Below are positions 24,683-40,500 of a stretch of 64,000 nt of DNA, piece after piece. Position 1 is the stretch's first letter, and every line of letters begins with the position of its first letter. Source of the stretch: Auanema rhodensis (Eukaryota > Animalia > Nematoda); NCBI GenBank assembly GCA_964057225.1, contig OZ059897.1:12958001-13022000 (forward strand), in the 5' to 3' direction. The notes under the pieces were generated by a model that was not told the origin of the DNA, ran no database searches, and was given only the letters and a program-made list of their open reading frames with translations. Both the position numbers and the translations under genes were made by a program.

Positions 24683-24920
24683 ATGCTGAGGTCGAAGCTT
24701 AAGCGTGAGTAGGCTGAGCATAATTTCGCTAATGTCTTTATTATAAATTCTTTACTTTTGCTAATGTCTTAAACATCTTTCTCTACGTTCTAATCTTTTG
24801 CTGTTTCTCTTGATCTCTCTATATTTCATTTCTTTCTCTCTCTTCTTTTCCTTTCAAGCTTCTCGGACATTCATCGTACATCATCATGCTCCTATTAAGA
24901 AATCAGAGACTATGGAGAGG
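24683..24920 (+). CDS. Candidate first two coding exons (24683-24704, 24859-24920) of an unidentified long-intron gene: MLRSKLKPSRTFIVHHHAPIKKSETMER
   Basis: AG just upstream of the ATG, donor C|gtgagt, pyrimidine-rich acceptor ttttcctttcaag, donor AGG|gtgagc. Phases match (C+CT=Pro) and the frame is open. Confidence 0.5.
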
Positions 24921-27687
24921 GTGAGCAAGACACATGGCATATTTTACCCTCAAAGCAACATGTATGTATCTATGTATGTATCTAGAGATTATTACAAATG
25001 CGCTCAAAAGATCATTTGATGTGTTATATTGAGTATTTTTCTTTTTATTCGAACCTAATAAGCTTAATGAGTTTCTCATCTCAACTTCATACTTTTATGA
25101 TGACGTCTATTTCATCATATTCTTTCAATTTTTTTCATTTTTTCTATATTTCTTACGCTTATCGTATATCATTTAACATTTTCATCATCTTCATATACTA
25201 TTTCTGTTTTTGTTTGTTTTTTTTTCTATTAATTTCCACACAATTTCTCTTTATTTCCGTTTTTGCTATATGAAACTTGGATTGTCTGATTAATTAAGAC
25301 GACTAAAAACATTATATTTTAAGAAATAAAGAATATCTTCATATGTATTTCAATCACATTTCTGGTAAAAATTCGAAAATTTAGAAACTTTTTGTTAATT
25401 TTCAATTAGTGACCTTTTTCAATTTGAACTCTATAAAAATGACATTAATTTTCAAATTTATAATTTATGTCAATATGAACCATTCTTAATGTTATATTTA
25501 ATGCTTAAAATGAAAGTTCATTCAAGCTTATTGATGGAATTTTTTCGGAAAATGTTATCAAAATTAAAAAAATTATAATTTTGGAAATCTAAAGTTTATA
25601 TCTCAAAAACTAGTTTAACATATTAAATAATTAGGACGACATAATTAGATGTAATTCGATGAATTATATAGCTTTTGCTCATTAATATCCATATTCCGTT
25701 GAAATATTATTCTTTATTTGATATCAAAGAACTAGTTTGAAGTCTTTTTCTCTTTTTCGTCTTTCCTACTGCTACTTTTTCTTCTCATTTTTCAAAAATT
25801 TTATATAAACTATTCGCTTCTGAAGTGTCAGTTTTACATTCAATCCAACTTTTGCAGCTTGATAGATTGCTTTTCATTATATACAATATTGGTCAACAGC
25901 TACCATACAACACAATAAACATGATCTTCATTCAGAATATGAAAACTGATTTGTTAAAGTAGTTTTGCTAAGTCTTGTGAGAGTTAGGGCATACAAGTCT
26001 CATTCTCTATCTTTGCGTAATTCAATACCACTGTTTTTGGTATGGAGGTCGAGCTAAATATTTTGCGAAATTCCATGAAATATCACCGGCTACTTCCGCT
26101 TGTTGTCTGAAATACCGCCAAATTTGTAATTCGAAACCATCAGAGGTGTCCATCGAATAACAATAACTTGCTTAGCCATGCCACTAGAAAGAGCAAAAAC
26201 TCCAAATTTGGAATTGTCTTCTTCTTCGGTGTGTTCGATCATTTTGATGAGAGGTGATGGAATCGTGATTTAGCCTCACTACTACTGATACTGTTACTAC
26301 TTCTACTACTACTATTACTGCTAAATACTATTATTCTATTCAAATTACTGTACAATTTTCAATAATTTAAATTCTTCTTTCTATGTCCTTTAGATAGATT
26401 AGAAACGAGGTCTATCTATGCCTCATTTCACATGTTGTACAAGTACTATGTTTTGTATATCCATACATAAATTTTGAACTAAAACCTAACTATTCTCTCA
26501 AGGGATTGCAATATATAAAGAATTATCAAAAACAATTGGAAATAATTTAATTGTTTCTGCACTTTTTTTGTTGGAATTCATAGTCAAAGGCGTGAAAAAG
26601 GAGAAGTGAAAAGAGAATTGAAGTGAAGAAGTGATTGAACTTGATATTTTTTCATATAATCTATGTATATATAGTATACTATATGTAGATATACATATGT
26701 ATTTATATAGTTATTGTTAAATATTTTTAAATATTAATTGAAAGAAGAGAAGCAAATCATATATTCTTTATTATAATTTTTGTTTCTCTCTCTCTCTCAA
26801 TTGAACATTAACTATTTATGGCAATGTTTGTATTAAGATTGTACGCAAAATAATTCTAAAGCGAGATAATCTTATTCGACGTTCGGATTTATATTTGTTT
26901 TTCTCAGTATTTCCTTGAATATTGAAAATTAGAGTTAAATGAATATTAGCATATATTGGATTCATGTAGCTCCTAATAAAAGCCATGATATTAGATACGT
27001 TTTTTTCTTTATTTCTCATTTTTTTTAAAAAAAATATTTATTTTTCCATATCAGATGACGGGTTGTGATGATTTTTTTGCTATTTTGTTTTGTTTTTTGA
27101 CCATCAACATCATTTGAATTTCCGGAAAAAAAACTTTAAAATTAATTAACTCACTGTATGAAGTTTTATCATCTACATACATATAATAAATAATATATAT
27201 TTAACTCTTAAGTTTGCCTAATCTTTTTTACTTTGTCCATATTATTTCAATTATTTCGAATATTCATAATAATTATTTTAATTTATTCATTGTCGTTTGG
27301 GTCAATTTCAATGAAAATTTGCTCATGAAAATATGAAAATCGAAGCTGTGAATTCCTCGTATGTTTTGCGTTTTGAATTTAATTAAGAATTTTTAGAAGA
27401 TTTTTAATGGAGCTATAAATGAATTTATAATTTTCTGAAATTATTCTGTTGTTATTTTTATCAAAAATTTTCATAATTTGATAATAACATTGCAAATGTA
27501 TAAATCGTAGTTTCATACATTTTGGAAAAAAAAGAACAAGAAAGAAAGATGCAAGCTTCTTTGATTTCCTTCTTTCGATATTTAATAGTTAAATAGCTAA
27601 AACATAGTCTTTACCTTCAAACCCATTAAGATTCTTTCGTCAGTTTTAGAATTTGCGTGTCATCATTCTCTACGTTCAAGAATAGAA

Positions 27688-27702
27688 AGAGAGAGAGAGT
27701 GA

Positions 27703-27794
<92 letters not shown>
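27688..27794. repeat. (GA)n microsatellite, longest in the window
   Basis: Directly visible, with two GT interruptions. Confidence 0.98.
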
Positions 27795-27797
<3 letters not shown>

Positions 27798-30700
27798 AAG
27801 AATTTGAAGTTAAAATGAAGAAGGAGCAAAGGGATTGAAGCATTAGAAGTGAATCATGTATCCGGATTAGATAGCTCATTAGCACATATTTCAAGACATG
27901 TGTGTACGGTACGAGTGTTCTGACCAAAAAAAGCATGATCTTGCCAGTTGCAAACTTGAAAGATTTAAGAGTCATCCGCAAGTTGAAGTCATTCTTTTTT
28001 CCTCTTCCTTTCTTTCTTGCATACTTCGAATATTCAGTACAATTATATATTTTCAATAAAGTATAATCTAAAGATTATTCAATTATAATTTTTTTTTTAT
28101 AAAAATCCAATATTATATATAGAAAAGTTAAAAGAATCAAATTACATTTTTATGATAAACATGAGGAAGAAACATCGAGATATTCATGTATATATTAACA
28201 ATACTTGCGTGCGTTTGTACTCATCTAAGTGCTTGTTCAACATTTTTCTTTCTATAATCAACCATATTCAACTTGCTCTTAAATGAAATTTTTCTTTAAT
28301 GTATCTAAGCAATTACATGAGCTGGAAAATTTATGTTCTTTTCGTATATCGTTTTAAGTTTCTTTCCTTTAGCTTTGTAGAGACAAAAAAAAACTTTTTA
28401 TGAAAAACTGATGTTCTTCCTTGTCATTACAATTGATAGTTGTTTCATGTGTTACTCTCTTTATGAATAGAAAGCTTTTTGCCAAGCAAATTCATACAAT
28501 TTTCATAAAACTTATATGCTCATTCATATAACGATGTTGAAATCATTCAATACTTCCAAAGACTATTTATCATTTCTCTTGAGCATTAGAAATAAATTGC
28601 TCAGATATTTGGCAGGTTTTCATGAAATAAAGTAATTTTTGGAATTTTCATTAAATTAATTTAATGACTTCATATAAAGTTTGCAAACAAATGCCACACT
28701 AGAGATCTGACAGTTTTAAACAACTTTTAATCTTTTGTTCTTATACTTTCTAGTACTTTCTATATAATTTAATAATTTTTTAATAAACATTGTTAAATAT
28801 TTTAAAATTAAAAACATTCATTTCAATCAATGTTTCAAAGAAAAAATCTGATTTGTTTCTAAACATTCTTATCCAACATGTCCAACTTGTTCTTCTTTCT
28901 TTTAAATATGTTTGTGGTTTTTATTCAAATTCCGTTTCAAATTGCTTTTCGGCCAGAGTGAGTCTTTTCAGGTGCAGTGTCTCTTCGTTTTTGACGCCTT
29001 TCAAGCCTTCCTAATTCATTAATTTTGTGGTCTCGCTTCACAAATGTGATTCTATAGCTTTTTCTATATATGGGATTACTAATTTTGAACCTTGAAAAGT
29101 TTTCTAACAATTTGCAACAACTTTTTCTTTTATTCACTTTTTATCTTATCGTTCTTTTCTCTTTTTGCCATTCTGCATACATAGTATATTCATTTATTCT
29201 TAATTTTCTGATATATTTCTAAAAGAAAAAAGAAATTTTTCAAAAAAATTCATTTGTTCTAAACTATTGTTTATTTGATCAACACTTTTCAATAATTTTT
29301 TTAATTTATATTCACATACATCGTATTTTTTGAGACAAAATCATCTACTTAGCAGTTTCATTTCATATAATTTCAAATTCGAAACTGAATTCAACAACAA
29401 TCTCTGAACTTTTTTTTTGATTTCCTGATCACTCTCACGTTAAATTGACAAACATTATTAACTATTATACTTGTCCTAATAAGCTTAATTACTCAATTTT
29501 TGGAATTTTTCAATTTTGCTTTTAATTCCTTCAAGTGAGATAAGGTGATTCTAGCTAAATTTGCTCTTTTCTGCTCTTTTTAAATCTCTTTTCACACATT
29601 CTTCCAGCTAATTACGTGAACATTCTCTGAATTTGACCACAATTTCACTTCAAAATCTATGCCGGTGGCTAGTTTCTAACAAAAATTTCAATTGTCAATT
29701 TTTTCTATTATATTCGTATCTCACTAACTCTGTTTCTTTTTCACTTTTCTATTCCTGCTTGAAAATGTTTATGATGTCGAATTATTTCTGGAAAAATTAA
29801 CATGAAAAAGTCTTTTTTTTCAATTTTGATTGAATGTTTGAAAATAAAGTTCAATTCAAAATTGAAATTGAAATTTTGAGCTCAGTTTGTATTACTTCCG
29901 GTCTTCAATAGTTCATAAGTAAGATTGCGTGTTAAAACTAAAATTTTGGATATCTTATAGAATGATTTCATATTGATATAGTTATATGTTATAATAATTT
30001 ACAAAGAATATTTACTATTTTAATATTCAATCTTTATATTCTATGAGATTGTTTAAGAAAAATATAAAACAAATGGATTATTTTGATTTAAATTCCTCTC
30101 TTCATGTGAAGCAAATGGTTATTACATGTTTTCATCAAAAACCTAATAAATGCAACTTCAAAAAGGAATTTTTTCTCAACACTAACAGATACAGTTTTTA
30201 TTTTTTGTTGTTGAAAATCTTTCACTGATATCATAATTAAATTCTTTGATTTAGCTTTATCTTTCATAGATCACCGACCCTTCAGTTTATTGAGAATAAA
30301 CAAAAGTATGTATGTGGTTACAAATCTGTAGTTAGTTAAATTGGCTAAGCCTTTCAAGATTTTGGAACATAGCCCTTCAATTTGTTCCGGTAAAGGCTGT
30401 TTTGAAAATTTTTCGGGCATGAAATCTGTAACAAAAGCATATTTCATTGCAAGTAATGGCTTTTCTAAAAGTGAAATTGCTCTGAAAAGACACGTCGTAC
30501 GTCGTCAACGACGTCGGCCTTTTAAATTTTTTGGACAACGATCTTAAACCATTTTCCCGGTTTCGAAAGGTTTTGTGTCTATTTCGAGAAGTGTTTGAAC
30601 GAAAAATTTTGAATTTATTAAATAGCTATGCATGAAGTAAGAGCACCAGGTTTAAACACCGTTTGCTTCCGATTCCAAGAAGCGCTTACAACTTTGGTGA

Positions 30701-33700
30701 TTTTCTCTATCGGAAGTCGTAATTTCTTCTTTTTACCTCCGTTTCCCTCTCTGTTGAAGTAGCTCACCCTGCAGTCGTTTACTTGCCCTCCGGCATCGTC
30801 GTTCGTGTTAAATTTTGCTTCTATTCTCTACAAATTAAAATGAGAGCCTGCGGCAATTCTGGAGCAGAGCTGTTCGCCAATTTCGAAAAATATTTGTTCT
30901 CAAGACATACTCATCAACTTTATTCATGAAATACACATTTTTATTTTAATTATCAATTTTATCTTCAAAAGTTTTCCAAAAAAAAAAAAAAAAAAAAGTA
31001 GTTATCTGATTAAAATTAAATTTATATTCTATAATTGAAAAAGTAGTTTTCTATTTTATTATTTATTTGAATCTTATTATTTTCTTGATCACACAAAATG
31101 AAAAAGTACGAAAAATCAGAAGTATACAGCTTGTTTAAATGTTGTTGTTATCATAAAATTTGTACTTCTTTTGCTTAAATTACATTATTTCTTCACAAAT
31201 GTTTCCTATAACTCATATTTCCATTTATTATTATTATTATTTGTGCATATGTTCATGCAAATAACACTGAAAAACTATTTATCGTTAACTTTACGTTTAA
31301 TTATTTTTTATTATGAATTCATAAATTTCGGAAAAAAAAATTTTTCATGACGGTCGATTAGAAGATTTTCCAATTTTCGCAACTTAGTTGTGCTTTAAAA
31401 GGCTTAAAGCATTTCGATTATGAACGCAAATCAAAGCTCCTAATTGCTTGTTTACTCATTTCCCTCCACTGAGAAACATTTTTACGAGGACCACCAGTCA
31501 CCACCTCTGTTTAACCCTTGATGAAAAGCTATTTTTTGGTTTTCAAATAAAAGAAGAAAAAATGAAAACAATATGAATTGATGAAAACTTTTATTATTCA
31601 TCATACATTTGAAGAAGATAAAAACTAGTACGTTTATAAAAGAAAACTTGAAAACTATGCTTGGCGTTCGCTTCTTCGGATCTTAAAGTTCTGAGAATCA
31701 AAGTACATTAGAATTTTTAACAGTCTTGTCGTTAAAAATGTTTTTTTTCGAATGAAATTATTAAACAAGTATGATGATGGTGATATATCATGTAATGAAT
31801 ATACACATATGTTATGAACAACCGCTCGTTTTCGTAAACTTTTTAAAAATGGGCTTTTGATCACTCTACTCACGTGAATTAACGTCATTTAGCTTCATGC
31901 AGTTTTGAAATTTACTAAATTTACATTTAATTCAAAGAATCATTTTTTTCTTTTTTTCTTTTTCAATAAACTACCTAATTTCAAAGAAATCGTTTAATTG
32001 AATTGGACAATTTGTCCAAAAAAAAAAAATTAACTTTCTACAGCTTGTATTACTTAATAAACGAGGAACTTTAACAATTTTGCACAATATGTGCGTATTA
32101 ATGTATAATTTTGATAAACAACATGAGAAGAACATTGAAATCTGTATACGAATTTCTCATGAAAAGCTATAACTTAAGACAAAATTTGATGTCTGTATGG
32201 ATAAGTTTTCATATTTACATCCATATTACATGAATCTATATGTACATACATGTACATCCAAGTAATATGTGTTACATTGCCTTTACTCACTATCAGCCTT
32301 TTATTCAAGTTTCTATACTGTTATATGAAAAGAAAAGAAATTCTAATTGATAGATTTTGATGATTAATATATTTTATTTTATAAATATTAAATATTCTAT
32401 TATTACATATAGTATATCATAGAATATGTAATACAATACAAGATTACATGAACAACCTATGAATATCGTAGTTTATCAGCTTACTTACTACGACATAACT
32501 TCAGTTTTAAAGTCACATCAATCAGACTACATCATGGGATATTTTGAAAATTAAAGAAACTTTTCCATGTAGTCGACAACGATTTGCATCATTGAAATTA
32601 TACTTTCGAAACGAATTTTATTGAAAATCTTTCTTTGAAGAACTGGATTTCAATAAATTTGAACGAGCTAGATTTTGATTACAAAAAATATGAATTGTTT
32701 CAATTTTGATACATATGTATGTATATCATTTCAAATTTTCAAACAATCATATTCATTCAAATCTTGTTCCTTTTTTTCCTGAAAATGAAATGAAATTTCA
32801 AAATCATAATCATACTCATGTTTCTCCTTTTCTGCATTTTTTTGTTTTTTTTTTTTTTTGGAATTTGACATTTCTTCAAAAATATTTTTTTATAACTACA
32901 ATCTGACAAAGTTATAGCTTGATGTGTTTTAACATCGTTTGTCGTTTTATGTGTCCATTACCTTTTGAATTTTTCAATCACATTAACAATTGTCTATGAC
33001 ATTAAATCATGATCATGCTTATTACCAACTTACCAATGAATATTTAACTTCCAAATTTATAAAAATTCCAAAATTTTGTCTTAGTCGTTAGATAATTTGC
33101 ATTTTTTCTCATTCAACATCACATTTCATCCACTTCAATCTTCTTAACTTTCACTGAAAAACAAATCATTTTTTCCATTTTTTTTTTCGTTGTTCGAGAA
33201 ATGAACCCAGGTAGTTAATTGGATTAAATAGTAAGAAAAAAAAGAAAGAACTAATCAGTTATAATTTGATTTTCGGAATGAAATCTCAAAATAATTTTTT
33301 TTGATATATCATATATGGAAAAGCTGTTACTCTATTACCACATGAAGAACAATTATTAATTTTTAAAAAATAGTAATATAGCTAAGACAAATAAAATTTA
33401 TTTACTATACTATAGTAATATTAAATATATATTTTCTTTTTAATAGTTTATTCAAGTCATTCAAACATTTTCTTGTCCTCTCTCTCTCTCTCTCTCTCTT
33501 GTTTTTGTACTGTCGACGAGAGAACATTAACTGGTGCAAGTTTATGCCATCCATTTTCCAATGATCTTAGGCTATTTCTTCAAAAACTATTGATATTGAA
33601 GTCTGTCTCATATTCAAAGTGGCTATCGTCGTCAACCACTTCATAATTATCATAGTTTTTTGATTCGGAAACTAGTTCTATTTAACTTTATTAACTATAG

Positions 33701-36700
33701 AACAAGATACATAGTTAAGCTTTGCAAAGTTTTTCCATCTTTATTCAGTACATCGAGCTACATCTACTAGATTATATCGTCTTCATCCTCATATACATAT
33801 TAACTTTCTGTGTCAGAATACAATATTTGTATACTTTCCAAATGCTTTATTGTATTATTCTTTACAGCTTCCTTTTCTCTTCTATGTTGCTGTATACAGC
33901 ATTTTCGAAGTTTTGTTTCTCATAATTTGGAATGCTATCGTTTATTACCACGTAATGTTTCGTAAATTACTAATCATGACTCAACTTATAATTTTTTTTT
34001 CAAAAAAAAAAAGAAGAAATGTACTATAATACAGACATCAGAGATTATAATAATTTTACTATATATATATAATAATTAATTTTGAGTTTATTCCGAAAAA
34101 ATATTTAATTTAATCTTTAAACTACCTTTAATCATTTGATATATACTATATACTATATATAAATATATATATATATATATATAGTATATAGTATTTACAT
34201 AGATTTAACTATATATATATAGTTACTGATTTAAATATTACTTATTCTAAAAATAATAATATCTTAATAGTTGTATACTATACATGGTAGCTAGAGCATT
34301 AGACATTTGTAAATCTAAGTTTTTGGAATAAGTTCAAACTTTTTGAGACAAAAAAGGTAAAAAGTACTTGATGTTTGAGAAAAATTTATAATTTAACAAT
34401 TCAATCTATGAAATTATTATATAGTTATCTATCTATATAGAATTATATATATAATTTTGAAGAAAATTTTTAATATTTAGAAGATTATTCGTATAAATAT
34501 TTATATTACCTAAGCAAAACGATTAAAAAGATAAGTGATGCTAATGATTCCTTTTAAGCTGTAATCCAGAATACATTAAACACGGGGGGACAAGCCGTAT
34601 ATGGGTAGCTTACAATCATACTAGAGCAAAAGCTCATTGGTGATGCAGGGCTTTGAATAAAATCCAATAAAATACATATTTACGTACCTGAACAAGCTCA
34701 CAAAATTTTTCATTAGATTCGGATTAGAAAGTGAATATTGAAAATTTAATAAAAACGGATTTAAGATTGTATGTTTCTCTTACTATCTGTCCAAACTGTC
34801 TCATCTCCACACATTTAACATATTTCTTAGATTTCCTCAGGTATTGAATTGCTTCTATAAAAATCTTTGATGAAAGACGTCAACGACTAAGAATCCTTAG
34901 ATATATATATCGAAATTCATTTCGATCCCCTTTTACTTTTGTATTTTTGGCTTTTAAATGAGAAAAAAGCGTGAAGCCGTTCGTCATAAGCTTCTATTTG
35001 AATGTTTGAACAGGATTACGGTAAATATTTTGTAGAAATATATTGAAATCAATTGAATAAGAAGACTTTTATTTATTTTTTTTTCAAGAAAGAGATCTTT
35101 CAATTACACATATACTAATAATAACATCATCATAGTAACCATATAATCTTCACAGTTGCATATATAATATGCTCGATGCTCGTGACCCTTTCACATCAAT
35201 TTACATAATTCTTATCCAACACCTGCCCCTTATTCTGACACCTCTTCTATCTTAAACATTGAAAAGAAGGATGTAGGATTCTGAGTAAAGCTGCCTATGC
35301 TAAATCTCTGATTAAGATTCTATTACTCGAAATACGTATAACCAACCGTTCATATCTGCTACCTTTTTTTTGAATGAAAAGACAATTGTTTTCACGTAAT
35401 TACCATTACATTATGCGACATTTTTCACGTATTCTAATGAAATTATCCATATGCTTATAACTATTCCAATATATTTATAAAATCTCTTTTTTGCTCATTC
35501 AATTTACTTATTATTTCTCTGAAAAACAGTTTTTATATTGGAGTACACCACCCCAACATCTAGTTGTCAGAAATTGAGTAAAGAAAAAAAACTTATTCAA
35601 ATGATATCCGATATACACTGACCATTATATAAGATGTGAGAAAATCTAAGACTTTCATATGGTTCAACAGTTCTCTATTTCATCATTTTTTTCCCAAATA
35701 AAGAACTGTAATTCAGTTTTTTTCTTCTTTTATTTTCCTTTACTGTACATACTTTCATTTCCAAACTAAACCCATTGAAATATCTGTATTGAAATTCCCA
35801 TATCCGGCATTTAACTATATGTTATATGATTAATAATATGAACAGTTTTTTTTTTGATTGAAAGTTGTTCTATGTAGCCTCTCTCAGATTACTTTTGAAA
35901 CTCTTCTTTTTTTTTCTTTTTTCTTGTATGAATCACATAGATTGTTGACCGAGTTCGTAGAGTTCATGACGAATAACATGATGTGACTCAGACGGGAATA
36001 TACATACCTGGATTTCTCTAAAACTATTCCCTTATTCCTTAACTTCGTAGATTTTCGGAATCTTATGTATTATATCGATGGGTATTTACAAGACAAAAAA
36101 CAACAAAAAATGTTCTTATTTATCATTCTGAAGTTTAGTAGCTGAAAGAATTCATATAATAGTTTTGCAGAAAACTATGGAACCCACTTACTCAGTAACT
36201 GGAAATAACTTTCTAAATAAGTTTTTCTTTTTTAGTTTTACAACTAAAATGTGCTATGAAGTCAAATAAGATGTTTGGAGAGAATAAAGTTGATTTGTAT
36301 TCCATTTTCTATTTGGGAAAAAGATTTAGGAAAAGAGACTTTTATAAGAAAAGCTTATGTATTGGATGAAAATTTGGGCATTTCGGACACGGTCCATGGC
36401 ACCGAAACAAACCAAATTCTCCAATCAGAACTCGGAGTAATTCAGCGGACCGTAAGATATCTTTACTTTGTTGAGAATTACAACTAAATTCAAGAATTTC
36501 TTTCCTTCTGTCTCTATTTGATTCATTGAAGTAAACGATGGATATTCTAAAAATCAAAGAAAGATTAACTTTTCAGGAAGTAACAGAGAGAGAGAGAGAA
36601 ACAGAGAGAGAAAAAGCTTAGTTATGAGAGAGAAGGAGAGAAAAAGAGAATAAGGGTGAGAAACATATTTCAGCATTTCGTTCTACTTCCATTGTTTTGT

Positions 36701-37472
36701 CATTGTGCCCATAAATGGCCAGCCAAAGCTGCCCAAGTCGTCACCAGGTTCTTGGTTTCTCAAATATCTACCGTAACCTGCATCTCTCCATTTCAACTAA
36801 AAGTCTCTCTATCTCTTTCTCCCTACCATATAATATTGAAAAATGCAAGAATATCTTAAGAATAAATTCATTTTATATTTAAATAATTATCCAAATATTT
36901 CATTTTTATTTATTATAATTACTTTTTAATTTCTGATTTCCTTCTTTAATTATATGTTATACATAAGATGTCAGAATAGAATATCTTCATTTGACCTCAC
37001 GATTTTATGGATTTAATTCCTTGGAATTAACAACCAAAAATTATATTTCATTTCAATTTTATTTGAAAACTAATCTTTTTTTTTTCTTTAACAAACTGCT
37101 TTTCATCTACTTCTTATCTAGTTTGTCATTTCAATTGTATGGCGGGACACTTTTTTTTTGTCGTCGTGGTGGTCCCAACATCTCCAATCTGCAGTTTCGA
37201 TCAGATATTTCATTAAACAATCTTTCTATTTCAAATAACAATTGACCAATCCTGATTATAATTTATATTTTTATATTTATTTTATTATTATATATCAATG
37301 ATATTTAATAATTTTCTTATTTATAAATAACAAAAACTAAACTGATCAGCAGTACATGTTTCATGCAAATTAATATTTTACTAATTACTTTTCAAATTCA
37401 ATTAAGAAATAACCATTTAGATTTCTAGTAATGTATGAAACTGTTAATTATTACTTTATAAGAACAATAAAT

Positions 37473-37478
<6 letters not shown>

Positions 37479-37512
<34 letters not shown>
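37479..37512. repeat. (GA)n microsatellite
   Basis: Directly visible. Confidence 0.95.
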
Positions 37513-37518
<6 letters not shown>

Positions 37519-40500
37519 AAGTAAAGAATAGGAAAGATGAATCCTATTGTCACTCTTTCTATTTCTTAACTCTTTTACACTTCTTGAGTTATTATAATTT
37601 ATAGAAATAATTTAATTAATTACACAAGTTCAAATATTATCTTTTATATTTTTATTTTTTCAATGATTTTTGTTCTTTTTCAGTATTTTATAATTTTACT
37701 TCCTACGAAATTCTTTAAGCATTAGTTTAGCGTATCTTCACAAATATTCTATTACATCTCACATATACATGAAAATGAAGTTGCATATACCATATAAGAT
37801 ATATGTATATATTGATTTACATATTCATTATATTATAAACTTTTTTTAAAATATTTTCATTCAAATTCTTTCTGAATTACTCTCTTTCAAGTTGATTTGA
37901 ACTCTATTTTGTATTCAAATTAACCGTTTAAGAAGATGTCATTTCGTTTAAAAATATAAAAAGAAAAATATATTTTTCTTTGTTATAATTTCTTGTCGTC
38001 ATGTTTACACTTTATTTTTTTATTAAAAATATTCGATAAAAACCAAAAAAAATAGTTTTTAATAGTTCTCCTTTAGTTTCTCCTTCCTTCATCAATACCA
38101 CTTAGTTGAATTGAATTATACAGTTTTTTTGGAAAATTATAAGATATAAAGCAAAAATACTGTTCAATGATATACTATGACAAACAAGTTAAATTTAATT
38201 TACAACGATGCTTACTATGTTGATAAAGCTGAGCCGAAATTGAAGGAAAGATAGATGGCGACTACCGTAATCCAATTTTCAACTGATTTCGAAAGATGAA
38301 CCTCGTGCTTTTAATGAATTGTAAGATCAATTTAGAATCAAAAAATTGATTTACATAATCCATGTTGTACAATAATTTAGATTTACAGCTATTTTCTATT
38401 GATAAGATAAAAATAATAAAAAAGACGTGTGGGTGAATTGAGTTGTAAATTCTGATGTTGACCTTTGCATGGTTCATCAACTTTTTCAATTCATCATCTC
38501 TCCGACATTATGTTAAATCTTTTCAATTTCCTTTTTTTCTTGTTCATTTTGCTATTTCTATTTGCTTCAATATCAAAAAAATATTTTTAAAATAATCATA
38601 ATCACATTCTACATAATAACTTTTATTTTACAAATTAAATTTTATATTATTCAGAATTTGAAAACATTTCATTCCAAACAAATTCTGGCTTGTAAGATAT
38701 AAGTTCAAAGTGATGTTGGATAAGAAACAAAAAAAAAATTGTCTCTTCATTTAGAATATATTCTCATATATAAATCTAATTATTCATAGCTGCATTGATT
38801 TCTTTTCATTTTTATTCTATTTATTCAGTTTAAATTCTACAATTCTTCTTAATTTTAACTAATGTTTTAAACATAAAAACTCAATTATTCTACTTGATTA
38901 TCATATTTCATTTTTGTATTTCTAACTCATTATCCAACATCATTAAATGCTCTTGCTTGTAAGGTTTATGCTCAATTCACACATTCCTAGCTTATTTCAC
39001 GTGAAAGAACTATTTTTTTCAAATTCTAACAAGCAAATCGGTTGTGTTTTCATTTTCATTTTTTTTTAAATTTTATTTAAAATTATTTTAGTTTTCTACT
39101 CTATTGTTGTTCAAATTTTTTGTTCTAGATGCATATCCATTTCTCCAAATACATATATTCTCCTTATTTAATTATTGAAAATTTATAATAATCTTTTTTA
39201 ATATAATCAAGTGCTGGATACATATGTCTATTACATTATTCTGGCAGTTTTGACCTTATTTAGCAACATTGCTTCCATCTTCTTCATTCTTCTTATTATA
39301 TAATCTTCCCACATTTACCTTCTCTTTCTATATTTCTTTATTCTCTCTTTCTTTCTCTATCTCTTGCTTCTGCTCTCTCGCTTACTCTAAAATATTCCTG
39401 AGCAGATTCGCATCTCACAGCTTGTGCCTCAATATGACCATCTGTGCATGACCAGATTCACTTGGCTTCTCTCTTAGTGTCCTTTTATCTCGACCGTTTG
39501 CGATATAGCTTCTGGGATATGCTCCAAATCTGTGAAATCATTAATTCAAGCTAATTATATGATGAACTATAACTTTTTACTTTTACTGTATCCATAATGG
39601 TTGGAATAGTTAACGCTTGCATGATGACCAGAATGAGCTGGATAATTTTGCTTAATCTCTTATAAACCCGTGTGAATACATCCAGATGTCTTGTTCTTGT
39701 TCTTCTTTCTTTTCATATTTTCATCTAATTATATGAATAAAAAATATTAAATCATTATAATATATTATATTATATAGTTATCTAGCTACTTATAATATAT
39801 CTTTATTAATTCTTCATCATAGGAACAAAAAAAACATTTTTTTGATTCAAATAGAAGAAGAAGAGAACGTTTTTCAATATCGGTATCAGTTAGAGTTCAC
39901 AATTGTTTTTTAGCACATGCGAACTTTTTTTGTCTTTAAAACCTGTTTCTCATATTACTTTTTACTAAGAATTATGCCGACTAAAAAAATTTTTCATCAT
40001 CATCTAATTCCTTAAAAGATGAGTTGTCCTTTCATGAGAAAACTGACTAATTGTACAAACTAACCTATATTCTACTTACATATCACCTGTGTTCTAAGAT
40101 CATTCATAAATCTTCTATAACATAAAGATGTATGAGATCTTTCTTTATAAAAACATGTACATTACTTTCCTTTTTACCTTTTTTTACCATTTTTATCTCT
40201 CTCTATTCTACTATTTCCCACCTCCCTCATTTCTCTGGAGCCAATTTTTTTTATTTAATTTTCTTTATATGATATTTTTCTTTTTTTTTTTATTATTATC
40301 ATCAAAAACCTAGATTATTTTGAATTTAGTATTTGAGAAAAAAAATCATTTCTAAAATGTTTTTTTCTCAAGTTTTTTCTCCCGAATATTTGTTTCAAAT
40401 ATTATTCTTTGTTAACTGTTAATAAGTATCATGTGTTCTAGAAGAACATATGTATTTTAAATTTCTTTGCAAAAGCTTTTAATCAAGCTTCTGCTCAGGT

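Noticed and set aside
27626-28056. ORFs with SLSLSL or ERERER runs (also 41606, 43210, 52534, 55823, 62978, 62994)
   Set aside because: Translations of GA/CT microsatellites, not proteins.
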